Positions 28,122 through 36,998 of a DNA stretch of 64,000 nucleotides are shown one piece after another (position 1 is the stretch's first letter; each line of letters begins with the position of its first letter). A program made the translations under genes and the position numbers. A model generated the notes under the pieces. That model was not told the origin of the DNA. It was given only the letters and a program-made list of their open reading frames with translations, and searched no databases. The DNA is taken from positions 24,511 through 88,510 of the forward strand of contig JAQBUE010000001.1 in NCBI GenBank assembly GCA_027624045.1, given 5' to 3'. The DNA comes from Acidobacteriota bacterium. GTDB taxonomy: Bacteria > Acidobacteriota > Terriglobia > Bryobacterales > UBA6623.

Positions 28122-29062
28122 GGCGTCGGCCCCCCATCGATATCTACGGCCGGCGTCGGCGGTTTTCGCCAGTTCCGAGTGGCAATGATGATTCCAGTCG
28201 TCACTGCGACGACGCCAAACATGAGCCGCGGCGTAATGGCCTCGGCGTAGATCCAGGCGCTCAGAATGACGCCGAAGATGGGTGTTGAGAAAGCAAACAT
28301 CGAAAGCAGTCCGGGGCTGATGGTTTTCAGCAAGGTCGTCCAGACGATAAAGCAAAGGCCGGCGACAACCGCTCCCTGATACAGGACGGCGAGAATCGCT
28401 TCCGTCCCCACGGGTTGCAGTAGCGGCTCCTCAAATATTAGCGCCCCGATCAGAAACGCCGGCAGGGAGCAAGTCATCATCCACAGAATGGGCCGAACAG
28501 GATCAATCGTCTGAACCAGGCGCTGGGTATAGACGGTGCGCGAGCCGAGCAGGAACCCCGAGCAGGTGACAATCAGGTTGCCAAGGATCGGCCGCGCGCC
28601 CAGTGATACATCGGGCTTGCCCAGGAAAACAGCACAGATTCCCCCAAACGCCAACACGAGGCCCACAACGCGAGCCCATGATAGGCGGTCTTCCGGCACA
28701 AAGTAATGGCCGAGCAGGTTGGCAAAGACCGGATGGGAGTTCAACAGCACGACGGCATACGCCGGCGAAGTAAAGTCGACTCCGTGATTCATTGCCGTTA
28801 TCTGCACGGTAAATAAGAGGCCAAGTGCGGCGAGCCATCTACGCTCGCCTTTCAGGGGCAATAGCCGGCGCCCCTGGCTCCAGCCCCACAGCCCTACGAC
28901 TGTAATGCCTGTCAGCATGCGCCAGAAAGCGCTCCAGAATGGTGGAAATGTTTCCAGGCTGATCTTGAGAGCGACGACGTTGCCGCCCCACACGATGGAA
29001 ATCGCCAAGGCCGCCAGCGCGCCGCCCAGTGTCAGACGGTTGACTGTGTCAGCATGCGACAT
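28118..29062 (-). CDS. EamA/DMT family transporter (tandem paralog)
   Basis: 314 aa. Colinear similarity to 27090-28121 (FPPFW.AFWRM..G..V.GLW; NHSVNMTSAAYAVVLINAHPIFTNLLAHYFVPGDR vs NHGVDFTSPAYAVVLLNSHPVFANLLGHYFVPEDR). Confidence 0.8.
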   Translation of the reverse strand: MSHADTVNRLTLGGALAALAISIVWGGNVVALKISLETFPPFWSAFWRMLTGITVVGLWGWSQGRRLLPLKGERRWLAALGLLFTVQITAMNHGVDFTSPAYAVVLLNSHPVFANLLGHYFVPEDRLSWARVVGLVLAFGGICAVFLGKPDVSLGARPILGNLIVTCSGFLLGSRTVYTQRLVQTIDPVRPILWMMTCSLPAFLIGALIFEEPLLQPVGTEAILAVLYQGAVVAGLCFIVWTTLLKTISPGLLSMFAFSTPIFGVILSAWIYAEAITPRLMFGVVAVTTGIIIATRNWRKPPTPAVDIDGGPTP

Positions 29063-29167
29063 GTGCCTTGCTTTCCATCTACAATCGGCACCAGGGCCGA
29101 TCGTCCGGCGGAGTCACGAATCCGCCAACTTCTCGGCGGGGTTAACGCGACCCTCGCAAAAAGCTAT

Positions 29168-32092
29168 CTATTCAACTACTGCGTCTCGCAGGATCTCGGC
29201 CACGTGGCGCGGCTGGCGGGCTGTAAAGTGGCCGATCTGTTGCCGGCAAGAGACACCGGTTACCGCGATTTCCGTCTGTGGGGACGCCGCATCGACCGCG
29301 GGCATCAAACGCTGCCGCCCGATGGTCTCGGAGATGTCGTAGTGCTCCTTCTCAAAACCGAAGGAGCCGGCCATCCCGCAGCAGCCCGAGTTAACCTCGC
29401 TCACCTCAAGACCTGGGACTAACCGCAGGGCCGCCAGACTGGGTGCACTGCCAATGTGAGCTTTCTGGTGACAGTGGCCGTGGAACAGAACCTGCCGAGG
29501 TTCGTTTTTGAACTGAAGTTTCAGTTTACCGGATTGCTGCAACCGGACGAGAAACTCGTCGAGCATCCAGGCATTATTGGCAACCTTCTCGACCTGATCA
29601 CCCGACATGAGGTCCAGATAGTCGTCCCGCAGCGTGAGCAGGCAACTAGGTTCACAGCCCACCACAGGTATGCCCTCGTCGGCGTAGGGTGCCAGCGTGC
29701 GGACGTTGTGTTCGGCGACGGCACGGGCATCCTCGATCAGGCCTTTCGAAATCATCGGGCGGCCGCAACACTTCTTGTCGGCGAGAACCACCTCGTAACC
29801 GGCTTTCTCAAGCAGTTCGGTTGTGGCGTGGCCGACCTGCGGATAGTTGTAGTTGAGGAAGCAGTCATGAAAAAGAACGACCTTGGGCTTGCCGTTTGAA
29901 GCTCCCGTGTTGCGGCGGCGGTGCCAGGTCTCGAAGGTCTCCGGCGCGAACGGAGGCATCTCGCGGCGGGCGTCGATGCCGATGAAACGGTCAAGCATCC
30001 ACCTGACGGGCGAAAGCCCCATCGTGAAATTCGCCAACGAGGGGACGCGGCTACCCCATTTGTTGAGCGTCTCGATCCCGGCGAACATGCGGGCGCGAAG
30101 CGGCGTACCGTGTTCGGCGTAGTAGTGCGCCAGGAACTCATACTTGATCTTCGCCATGTCGACGTTCGTCGGACATTCGCGTTTGCAGCCTTTACATTCA
30201 AGGCACAGATCGAGCACATCGTACATGCGTTTCGACGTGAGTTCTTCAGGCGGGAGCCTTCCTGAGAGTGCCGCGCGAAGAGCGTTGGCGCGCCCACGTG
30301 TCGAGTGCTCTTCGTCGTTGGTGGCGTGATACGACGGACACATCGTGCCCACATCGCGCTTGCGGCAGACGCCCATGCCATTGCACATCTCGATGGCGCG
30401 GGCAAAGCCGCCTTCGCGCTCGAAGCTCAGATGGGTCTGAATCTGGATGGTCTTATAGTCCGCGCCCCAGCGCAGGCTTTCGGTCGGCTCGGGCGCATCG
30501 ACAACCTTGCCAGGGTTCATGATGTTGTCGGGATCGAACAGCGCTTTGAGCTTCTTGAAAGCGCCGTAGATCTCCGGCCCAAACAGGTGCTGGTTGTACT
30601 TACCGCGCGCGATACCGTCGCCGTGCTCGCCGCTCATCGAACCGCCGTGTTCCTTAACCAGAGCGAACACTTCATCGAGGATCTGGCCCATCTTGCGGAC
30701 TTCGGAGGCCTGCTTGAGGTCGATCATCGGGCGAACGTGCAGACAGCCGACCGAGGCGTGTCCGTAGTAGCCGCCGTGGGCGTCGTGTCTTTCGAGAATC
30801 TCCTGGAACCCTTTCAGAAAGGCCGGCATTTTGCCGATCGGCACGGCTGGGTCTTCCACAAAAGCGATGGGTTTCTTGTCGCCAAGCACGCTCATCAGCA
30901 GGCCGAGCGCCTGCTTGCGCGTGTTCCAGATATTGGCTTGTTTGACGGGATCAACAACGGGCAGATAGCCGAAGCCGATGCGCTTCGATTCCAGCTTGGC
31001 CTTCAGCGCCTCGCTCTTCGATTGGACCTCCGCCGCGGTGTCGCCGAAGAACTCGACCACCATCAGCGCCTTGGCCGAGCGGTCGACAAAATCCATCTGC
31101 GCCGCGAACTCGGGCTTGGCGAATGCCTGTTTGAGATTCAACTCGTCCATCAACTCAGCCGCGGCCGGTTGGAAGGCAATGATTTCTTCCACCGACTCCA
31201 CGGCTTCAATCAACGATTTGAAGTGAACAAGCAGCAGCGCCTTCTTCTTGGGCAGCGGGACGATGCGGATCTTCGCTTCGCTAATGACCGCCAGTGTGCC
31301 CTCGCTACCCACCAGCGCGCGCGCCAAATTGAACGGACCTGGACGGCTTGAGTAGCCGGCCCCAAACGCCCCGTTGTTGCGAATCAGCTCATCCAGGTTG
31401 TAACCGCTGACGCGCCGGATGATACGCGGGAAGCGTGCCAGAATCTCGTCACGATAGGTCTCGCCGAGTTGCAGGGCCTCGCGATAGAGGCGGTTCTCGA
31501 GCCGGTCGCCGCGGCTGAGACTTTCGAGCATCGCGTTCTCAACGGGCCCGAACTTGGCCTCCGAACCATCGGACAGGACGACGTTGACCTCGAGCACGTG
31601 GTCGATCATCTTGCCGTGAATGATCGAGTGCGAGCCGGCCGAATTATTGCCCACCATGCCGCCCAGCGTGGCGCGGCTGCTGCTGGACGTGTCCGGGCCG
31701 AGGCCGAACCCGTGCGGGCGCAGGTAGTTGTTGAGCTGATCTTGAATGACACCGGGCTGGACGCGGACCCATTGCTCTTCGGTATTCAGTTCAAGCACGT
31801 TGTGCATGTACTTGGCGAAATCGATGTGGACGGCGTGGCCAACGGTTTGCCCGGAGAGGCTTGTAGCGCCACCGCGGGGCAGTACTGGCACTTTGTTGCG
31901 CGCAACAACCTGGCCGATCGCCGCGACGTCTTCGGCGTGCCGCGGGATCACAACACCGATGGGTTCGATCTGCCAGACGCTGGCGTCGGTGCTGTAAAGG
32001 ATCTTCGAATAGGTATCGAAGCGCACCTCGCCTTCGATTTCCTTGCGGAACTGCTCGGCGAGATCGGCGGGATATTGTTTCGTGCCCGGCAT
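29168..32092 (-). CDS. FAD-binding (GlcD-like) / Fe-S / CCG-domain fusion oxidoreductase, YdiJ-like
   Basis: 974 aa. N-terminal FAD PCMH domain (VLPRGGATSLSGQ). Central 4Fe-4S Cys clusters (CLECKGCKRECP). C-terminal CCG-type Cys-rich domains (NSGCCGMAGSFG). Confidence 0.85.
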   Translation of the reverse strand: MPGTKQYPADLAEQFRKEIEGEVRFDTYSKILYSTDASVWQIEPIGVVIPRHAEDVAAIGQVVARNKVPVLPRGGATSLSGQTVGHAVHIDFAKYMHNVLELNTEEQWVRVQPGVIQDQLNNYLRPHGFGLGPDTSSSSRATLGGMVGNNSAGSHSIIHGKMIDHVLEVNVVLSDGSEAKFGPVENAMLESLSRGDRLENRLYREALQLGETYRDEILARFPRIIRRVSGYNLDELIRNNGAFGAGYSSRPGPFNLARALVGSEGTLAVISEAKIRIVPLPKKKALLLVHFKSLIEAVESVEEIIAFQPAAAELMDELNLKQAFAKPEFAAQMDFVDRSAKALMVVEFFGDTAAEVQSKSEALKAKLESKRIGFGYLPVVDPVKQANIWNTRKQALGLLMSVLGDKKPIAFVEDPAVPIGKMPAFLKGFQEILERHDAHGGYYGHASVGCLHVRPMIDLKQASEVRKMGQILDEVFALVKEHGGSMSGEHGDGIARGKYNQHLFGPEIYGAFKKLKALFDPDNIMNPGKVVDAPEPTESLRWGADYKTIQIQTHLSFEREGGFARAIEMCNGMGVCRKRDVGTMCPSYHATNDEEHSTRGRANALRAALSGRLPPEELTSKRMYDVLDLCLECKGCKRECPTNVDMAKIKYEFLAHYYAEHGTPLRARMFAGIETLNKWGSRVPSLANFTMGLSPVRWMLDRFIGIDARREMPPFAPETFETWHRRRNTGASNGKPKVVLFHDCFLNYNYPQVGHATTELLEKAGYEVVLADKKCCGRPMISKGLIEDARAVAEHNVRTLAPYADEGIPVVGCEPSCLLTLRDDYLDLMSGDQVEKVANNAWMLDEFLVRLQQSGKLKLQFKNEPRQVLFHGHCHQKAHIGSAPSLAALRLVPGLEVSEVNSGCCGMAGSFGFEKEHYDISETIGRQRLMPAVDAASPQTEIAVTGVSCRQQIGHFTARQPRHVAEILRDAVVE

Positions 32093-32183
32093 TGCAAACG
32101 ACTCCGGCGCCCGGATGAACCGAACCGCGATCCGCCACGGTCCTCGTGCGCCCCGGCTTCGCCGAACTACCTTGCTGGAGGGG

Positions 32184-33401
32184 TTATCGAGCGGCTTGGG
32201 CGATCAAACGGCTGATCTTCTCAAGGCCCAGATCTATATTGTCGTCGCTGACGTTCGAAAAAGAAAGCCGCAGCGTGTTCGATCCGCTGCCGTCGACGAA
32301 GAACGGCTGGCCCGGTATGAAGGCGACTCGCTCTCGCTCGACCGCCTGATGGAGCAGCGGTAACGTGTCGATCTGCTCGATCAGCTCAACCCACAGGAAG
32401 AGCCCGCCCTGCGGCCTGTTCCACTTGGCAAGCGATGACATGTGTTTCTCTAGCGCCGCCTGCATCAAGATGCACTTCGTTTCGTAGAAGCCGCGCACCT
32501 CCGCCATATGAGAGTCCAGCCAATCGCGCCGCAGGTATTCGAGAATCAGCTTCTGGCTCAGCGTCGACGTGCAGAGGTCGCCGGTCTCCTTGGCGAGCTC
32601 GATGCGCCGCACGATCTCCTTCGGACCGACGATCCACGCGACACGCAGCCCCGGGGCGAGAACCTTCGAGAACGTCGACATGTAGATGACGTTGTCCGAG
32701 CCCTCGTGGGATTTGATGGGCTTGAGGATCTCGGGGTCATCGCCGGAAAAATAGACTTCGCCGTAGGCATCGTCTTCGACGATCAGTACGTTCTCCTGGC
32801 GGGCGACTTCGATGAGGGCTTCGCGGGTCGCCAAATCCCAGGTATGGCCCGAGGGGTTCTGAAAGTTCGGGATGACGTAGATGAGCTTCGGCGTCGAACC
32901 CTCCGCGCGAGCCTGGCGGATCTTCGTCCGCAGGTCATCGAGGTCCATACCAGCGGCGGTTTTGTTGACCCCGATCATGCGCGCTCGAAAGTTCTCGAAC
33001 GAGGCGGTGGCGCCGATGTAGCTCGGCAATTCGACGAAGACCGCATCGCCGGGATCGAGCAGCACCCGCGCAATGAAATCGAGCCCCTGTTGCGAACCGC
33101 TGACGAGGATGGTCTCTTCCGTCGTTGCTTCGATGCCGTGGACACGGGCGTTGCGCTCGCGGACGGCCTCAATGAGATCGGCGTTGCCGCGTGTGACGCT
33201 GTACTGGAAGAGCTTTCCCTTCTCAGCGGCGACGAGGTCGTTGAAGATCTCGGTGAGTTGCTCGTGCGGGAACATTTCCGCGTTGGGCGAGCCGGTCGCG
33301 AACGAGATCACGTCCGGCTGGTTGACGAGTCCCGTCAACTGCCGGATCAGCGAGGACTTCATGACCTTCGCGTCGTCGGAGATCATTTCGTCGAGCAGCA
33401 T
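32184..33401 (-). CDS. PLP-dependent aminotransferase, class I/II (2-aminoadipate/aromatic aminotransferase-like)
   Basis: 405 aa. Block YMSTFSKVLAPGLRVAW contains the PLP-lysine (SxSK) context. Overall fold-type I pattern. Confidence 0.8.
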   Translation of the reverse strand: MLLDEMISDDAKVMKSSLIRQLTGLVNQPDVISFATGSPNAEMFPHEQLTEIFNDLVAAEKGKLFQYSVTRGNADLIEAVRERNARVHGIEATTEETILVSGSQQGLDFIARVLLDPGDAVFVELPSYIGATASFENFRARMIGVNKTAAGMDLDDLRTKIRQARAEGSTPKLIYVIPNFQNPSGHTWDLATREALIEVARQENVLIVEDDAYGEVYFSGDDPEILKPIKSHEGSDNVIYMSTFSKVLAPGLRVAWIVGPKEIVRRIELAKETGDLCTSTLSQKLILEYLRRDWLDSHMAEVRGFYETKCILMQAALEKHMSSLAKWNRPQGGLFLWVELIEQIDTLPLLHQAVERERVAFIPGQPFFVDGSGSNTLRLSFSNVSDDNIDLGLEKISRLIAQAAR

Positions 33402-33561
33402 GGTATTGAATTGTAGCGTAGCGTTTAACGGTCGCTTGTCCTACATCAAACGTCAGGGAGGCCGCTGGGTCCGTGGCCGATCGCTCCTCTATTTCCCAAC
33501 ACGCCCGAATCGCGAGCCTGCTTCGGTTTAGAATGAGGGTGGTCAAGAATGGGAGTCGCCT

Positions 33562-33786
33562 ATGAACGCTATCGAATTCAAAGGCAAGCTGTCTGCTGAA
33601 GACAACATGGTTGTGCCCGGTGAGATTGCGCGGCAGATTCCGGCCGGCTCGGATATTCGCGTGATCCTGCTTTGGGATGGCGACGGTGACGATTGGCTGC
33701 GAGTGAGCAAGGAGCGCTTTGCGGATGCTTACGCACCCGAAGACGCGGTTTACGAGAAACTGATCGATGAACCTGTATCGCGGTGA
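33562..33786 (+). CDS. putative antitoxin of the downstream PemK/MazF toxin
   Basis: 74 aa. The N-terminal beta-rich segment (MVVPGEIARQIPAGSDIRVILL) is AbrB/MazE-like and the C-terminal tail is acidic. 20-nt overlap with the toxin gene. GGGAG SD upstream. Confidence 0.55.
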   Translation: MNAIEFKGKLSAEDNMVVPGEIARQIPAGSDIRVILLWDGDGDDWLRVSKERFADAYAPEDAVYEKLIDEPVSR

Positions 33787-34102
33787 CGTGGTTCTCGTCC
33801 GCGTCGCGTTCCATCAAGTAGCTGGGAACAAGGTTCGGCCCGCCGTCGTCGTGCTTGATGGAAAGGACGACGATTTCGTTGCAGCCCCGATCACGAGCCG
33901 CGCGAGCCGTCCAAAGTTCGACTTTTCTCTGGCGGATTGGAGTGCGGCGGGCCTGAACGTGCCGTCGTTCGCGCGGGTTCATAAGCTGGCGACGCTCCAC
34001 AGGCCCGATGTGCTTCGTGTAATTGGCCGACTCTCCGAGCCTGACCTTCAAAAGCTGGACGACACGATGTGCAAGGCCTATTGTCCCGCGCACAGTTCCT
34101 AG
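33767..34102 (+). CDS. PemK/MazF family toxin (type II TA endoribonuclease)
   Basis: 111 aa. LYRGDVVLVRVAF...KVRPAVVVLDG...VAAPITSR pattern is typical of PemK/MazF. Confidence 0.75.
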   Translation: MNLYRGDVVLVRVAFHQVAGNKVRPAVVVLDGKDDDFVAAPITSRASRPKFDFSLADWSAAGLNVPSFARVHKLATLHRPDVLRVIGRLSEPDLQKLDDTMCKAYCPAHSS

Positions 34103-34158
34103 CCATCGAGTCCGGCTGTCTCATTCAGGTCTCCGACCCCCTGCTAGAATCGGACCGT

Positions 34159-35304
34159 ATGCTCAATCTCGATAATTGCCGCGAGCGGCAACAGCGGCTG
34201 CTCAAAGTCATGGAAGAGGACCAGATCGATCTGGCGGTCATCACCAACCCGAAGACGGTTTACTATTTCTCGGGCGCCCTGGTCAATTCGGCCCTTCCGC
34301 AAGCGTTTCTGCTTGATTCGTCCGGGAAAACGCTGCTACTGACGGACGCTCCTGTCATCGAGCCGGACAGCAAGCCGAAAGCGGCGGCGGACAAAGTGGA
34401 GACGTACCGTTTCCACAGCATGGAGCGCGACAACATCGCGACGAACTGGTCGCAGGATGTTGCGCTGATGCTGAAAGCCGCGGGGCAGGAGTTCTTGCCC
34501 TTCGGAGGAATGCTGGGCCTTGAGTTCGACTCGGCGTCGTTCGCCGTCAGCGAAGCCGCTCGTGAAGTGGCGCGCGGCGGCCCTAAGAACCTCACGCCGG
34601 CCATTGACACAATGCGCCGCCAGAAAGACCCCGACGAAATCCAGTGCATGCGGCGGGCAATAACGCTGGTCGAAGCCGGCCTAGCCGCCGTGAAGGCCCG
34701 CCTTGAACACGGCATGACCGAGTTCCGCGCCTATTCGATCTACTACGAAGCGATGGTCGCCAACGCCGGCACTTCGGTGCTGCTGGCAGGTGATTTTGCG
34801 ACAGGCCTTCGCAACATCAAGGGCGGCGGCCCGCCTACGCCGCGCCGTGTCCAACTGGGTGATCTGTTCATTTTCGACACGTTCCCGATCTTCGAGGGTT
34901 ACATGTGCGACTTCACGCGCACATTCGTGGTCGGTCGGCCCACCCAGATTCAGCAGGATGCTTGGGGTCACGTGATGGAAGCACATGAGATCGCGCGGCG
35001 GACGATCTCACCAGGGGTCCCGGCAAAAGAGGTTTACGAGGCGATCAAGACGCACCTCGACAAGTTCGAGGCGGCTGAAGGCTCGTTTTGGCACCATGCC
35101 GGCCATGGCGTCGGCCTGAACGGCTGGGAACTCCCGTGGCTTACTCCGGGCAGTGACGACACGATCTTAGACCGCGAGGTGCTGGCCTGCGAACCGGGGC
35201 TTTACTGCGATGCGATGCAAGGCGGCATCCGCCTGGAGCATAACTATCTGGTTACTCCCGAGGGGGTTACCGCCCTCGATCGGTTCCCGATGGGCTTGAC
35301 TTAG
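34159..35304 (+). CDS. M24 family metallopeptidase (Xaa-Pro dipeptidase/creatinase-like)
   Basis: Start at ATG 34159. Pita-bread metal ligands in DFTRTF, HHAGHGVGLNGWE, CEPGLY and RLEHNYLVT. Confidence 0.8.
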   Translation: MLNLDNCRERQQRLLKVMEEDQIDLAVITNPKTVYYFSGALVNSALPQAFLLDSSGKTLLLTDAPVIEPDSKPKAAADKVETYRFHSMERDNIATNWSQDVALMLKAAGQEFLPFGGMLGLEFDSASFAVSEAAREVARGGPKNLTPAIDTMRRQKDPDEIQCMRRAITLVEAGLAAVKARLEHGMTEFRAYSIYYEAMVANAGTSVLLAGDFATGLRNIKGGGPPTPRRVQLGDLFIFDTFPIFEGYMCDFTRTFVVGRPTQIQQDAWGHVMEAHEIARRTISPGVPAKEVYEAIKTHLDKFEAAEGSFWHHAGHGVGLNGWELPWLTPGSDDTILDREVLACEPGLYCDAMQGGIRLEHNYLVTPEGVTALDRFPMGLT

Positions 35305-35331
35305 CGGCCTGCGAGCACAATGTGCGGCGCC

Positions 35332-35859
35332 CTACGTTTCCTTCCGGGCATGCCCTCTCTCGAGGATACTCCCAGCTTCGGTAAGCGTAATCATGAGCGT
35401 CATTGGGTTGACCAGTGAGGTCCTGAAGCCGCAGCTCTCATAGAAGTGTTTCGCCCGCTCTGAGATCGCGTGTACCAAGACCCCCCGGATACCCGCTATT
35501 TCCGCTGCCTGGAGAGTTCGCAAGACGGCGTCCCGGAGCAGGCCCACGCCGGTCCCGGCCTCCTGAAATTCTTTGTCGACAGCGAGACGTCCCAAGATCA
35601 TGACCGGAATCGGATCCGGCATGTTCCGTCTTATCCGCCCCGCAGCCTCATCGTGAGCAACCGCGCCAACGGCCAAGCAGTAGTAACCGGCTACTTTTCT
35701 TCCCGCGCTGACCACATAGGTGCGCGATGCGCCGCTGGCCTCGTTGCGGAGTGCGCGACGGCGCAGCCAATCATCCAAGACCGGCTCGCCGCAGTCAAAG
35801 GCGGAAAGATCGTGCTCGGGCAAGAGTTTGTGCGGCGGAGTGATTCCTAGGCCACTCAT
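35332..35859 (-). CDS. tacT: GNAT-type toxin (TacT-like aminoacyl-tRNA acetyltransferase family)
   Basis: FDCGEPVLDDWLRRRALRNEASGASRTYVV...GYYCLA is characteristic of DUF1778-associated GNAT toxins. ATG 35859 gives an ATGA overlap with the antitoxin stop; the track start at 35868 is TTG. Confidence 0.8.
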   Translation of the reverse strand: MSGLGITPPHKLLPEHDLSAFDCGEPVLDDWLRRRALRNEASGASRTYVVSAGRKVAGYYCLAVGAVAHDEAAGRIRRNMPDPIPVMILGRLAVDKEFQEAGTGVGLLRDAVLRTLQAAEIAGIRGVLVHAISERAKHFYESCGFRTSLVNPMTLMITLTEAGSILERGHARKET

Positions 35860-36149
35860 GGCCCCCAAGGCGCTTTGGTTTCAAGCAACCGCCGCAATCT
35901 TGGATTGTCTTTGGGCGGCTTGTCGAGCATCGCCGTGAAACGTTTGAAGTCTTCCTTCGACAACGTGAAGTATCGTTGGTCGAGCAGAACCGCTTCCGCC
36001 TCCCGACACACGGTATCGAGCATGAAGTCCGAACGACTCCGCCCCAAAGCCGCTGCCGCTTGGTCAATCAGGGCTTTTTGTCCGCGGCTGGCGCGAATGT
36101 TGATGGTCTCCCCTCGTCCCTTCGCTGTGGGAGTTTGTGTTCCAGCCAT
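35856..36149 (-). CDS. tacA: DUF1778 (TacA-like) RHH antitoxin
   Basis: 97 aa. ETINIRASRGQKALIDQAAAALGRSRSDFMLDTVCREAEAVLLDQRYFTLSKEDFKRF is the DUF1778 signature. AGGAG SD 6 nt upstream. Confidence 0.85.
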   Translation of the reverse strand: MAGTQTPTAKGRGETINIRASRGQKALIDQAAAALGRSRSDFMLDTVCREAEAVLLDQRYFTLSKEDFKRFTAMLDKPPKDNPRLRRLLETKAPWGP

Positions 36150-36180
36150 ACCGCGCTCCTATTTTCTTGTATGCACAACA

Positions 36181-36209
36181 ACACTACATAAATGTACGCA
36201 CATTGTCAA
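36181..36209 (-). promoter_or_regulatory. putative tacAT promoter with operator palindrome
   Basis: Minus-strand reading is TTGACA-17 nt-TAGTGT. The spacer contains the perfect inverted repeat AATGT-GCGT-ACATT. It lies about 32 nt upstream of the tacA ATG. Confidence 0.35.
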
Positions 36210-36258
36210 TACGCCAAGGTTTGGACGATGTGTCCACTGGCCTACCCGATACTGGCTG

Positions 36259-36933
36259 CTACCGATTCGTCAGATCCCGAATGTAGATGTCGCGGAAGCG
36301 CATGCGGCCGTTGCCGCCCGAGTGAAGCTGGAGTGCGATCACTCCTTCCTCCGCTCCCGGATTCGGGTACGTGAAGTCAAGAATCTGTACCCCGTTCAGG
36401 TGAACGATGTAGCGGTTCCCTTCGACCTGGATCAGCATGTCGTTCCAGTCATACGGACGCTGCACGGCATTGAACTCGGGCGCCGGCCATGCAACCCAAC
36501 CGCGGCCATCGCCATAGATGCCCCCGGTCGGCGAATTGTTGCCGATCGTTTGGTCGATCTCGACCTGCCGGCCCGCGATGATCTTGGGTGTATTGCCCTC
36601 GAACTTGGTGTGGATGTAGACGCCGCTGTTGCCCTCGGCCTCGCACTTGTAGCGCAATGATATGTGAAAGTCTCGATAGGACTTCTCGGTGGCCAGGTAT
36701 CCGTACTGATCGGAAATGCCTTCGCCGTATATCGCGCCGTCTTTGTCGACCTCCCATTTCTCAGCGCCGACCTTTCTCCAGTTCGTGAAGTCCTTCCCGT
36801 TGAAGAGTTGGACCCAGCCGGGCTTAAGCTTGCGCGGTCGATTTTCTTGAGCGAGCGCGAAGCACGCGCTGAGAAGAGTTAGGGCCAGAAATCCGGCCAC
36901 GGCTCGGGCGGAACGAAAACGAGAGTTTGTCAT
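36259..36933 (-). CDS. DUF1080 (3-keto-disaccharide hydrolase-like) domain protein, secreted
   Basis: Signal peptide. WVQLFNGKDFTNWRKVG...WEVDKDGAIYG...GYLATEKSYRDF...LNGVQILDF...GVIALQLH...MRFRDIYIRDL matches the DUF1080 pattern. Confidence 0.8.
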   Translation of the reverse strand: MTNSRFRSARAVAGFLALTLLSACFALAQENRPRKLKPGWVQLFNGKDFTNWRKVGAEKWEVDKDGAIYGEGISDQYGYLATEKSYRDFHISLRYKCEAEGNSGVYIHTKFEGNTPKIIAGRQVEIDQTIGNNSPTGGIYGDGRGWVAWPAPEFNAVQRPYDWNDMLIQVEGNRYIVHLNGVQILDFTYPNPGAEEGVIALQLHSGGNGRMRFRDIYIRDLTNR

Positions 36934-36998
36934 GATTTAGTTAGACTCCGGTGCAAACATGAAAGGCGCGGCACACGGCCACGTTCGCCATCCTAGCG

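Noticed and set aside
30305-31351. 348-aa plus-strand ORF (and similar long ORFs at 17009-17911, 25065-25814, 49575-50501, 42560-43327, 63222-63962)
   Set aside because: All lie antisense to genes with unambiguous family motifs (YdiJ-like, GNAT, sucCD, thiC, M36, TonB-receptor-like). Their translations are compositionally biased and motif-free.
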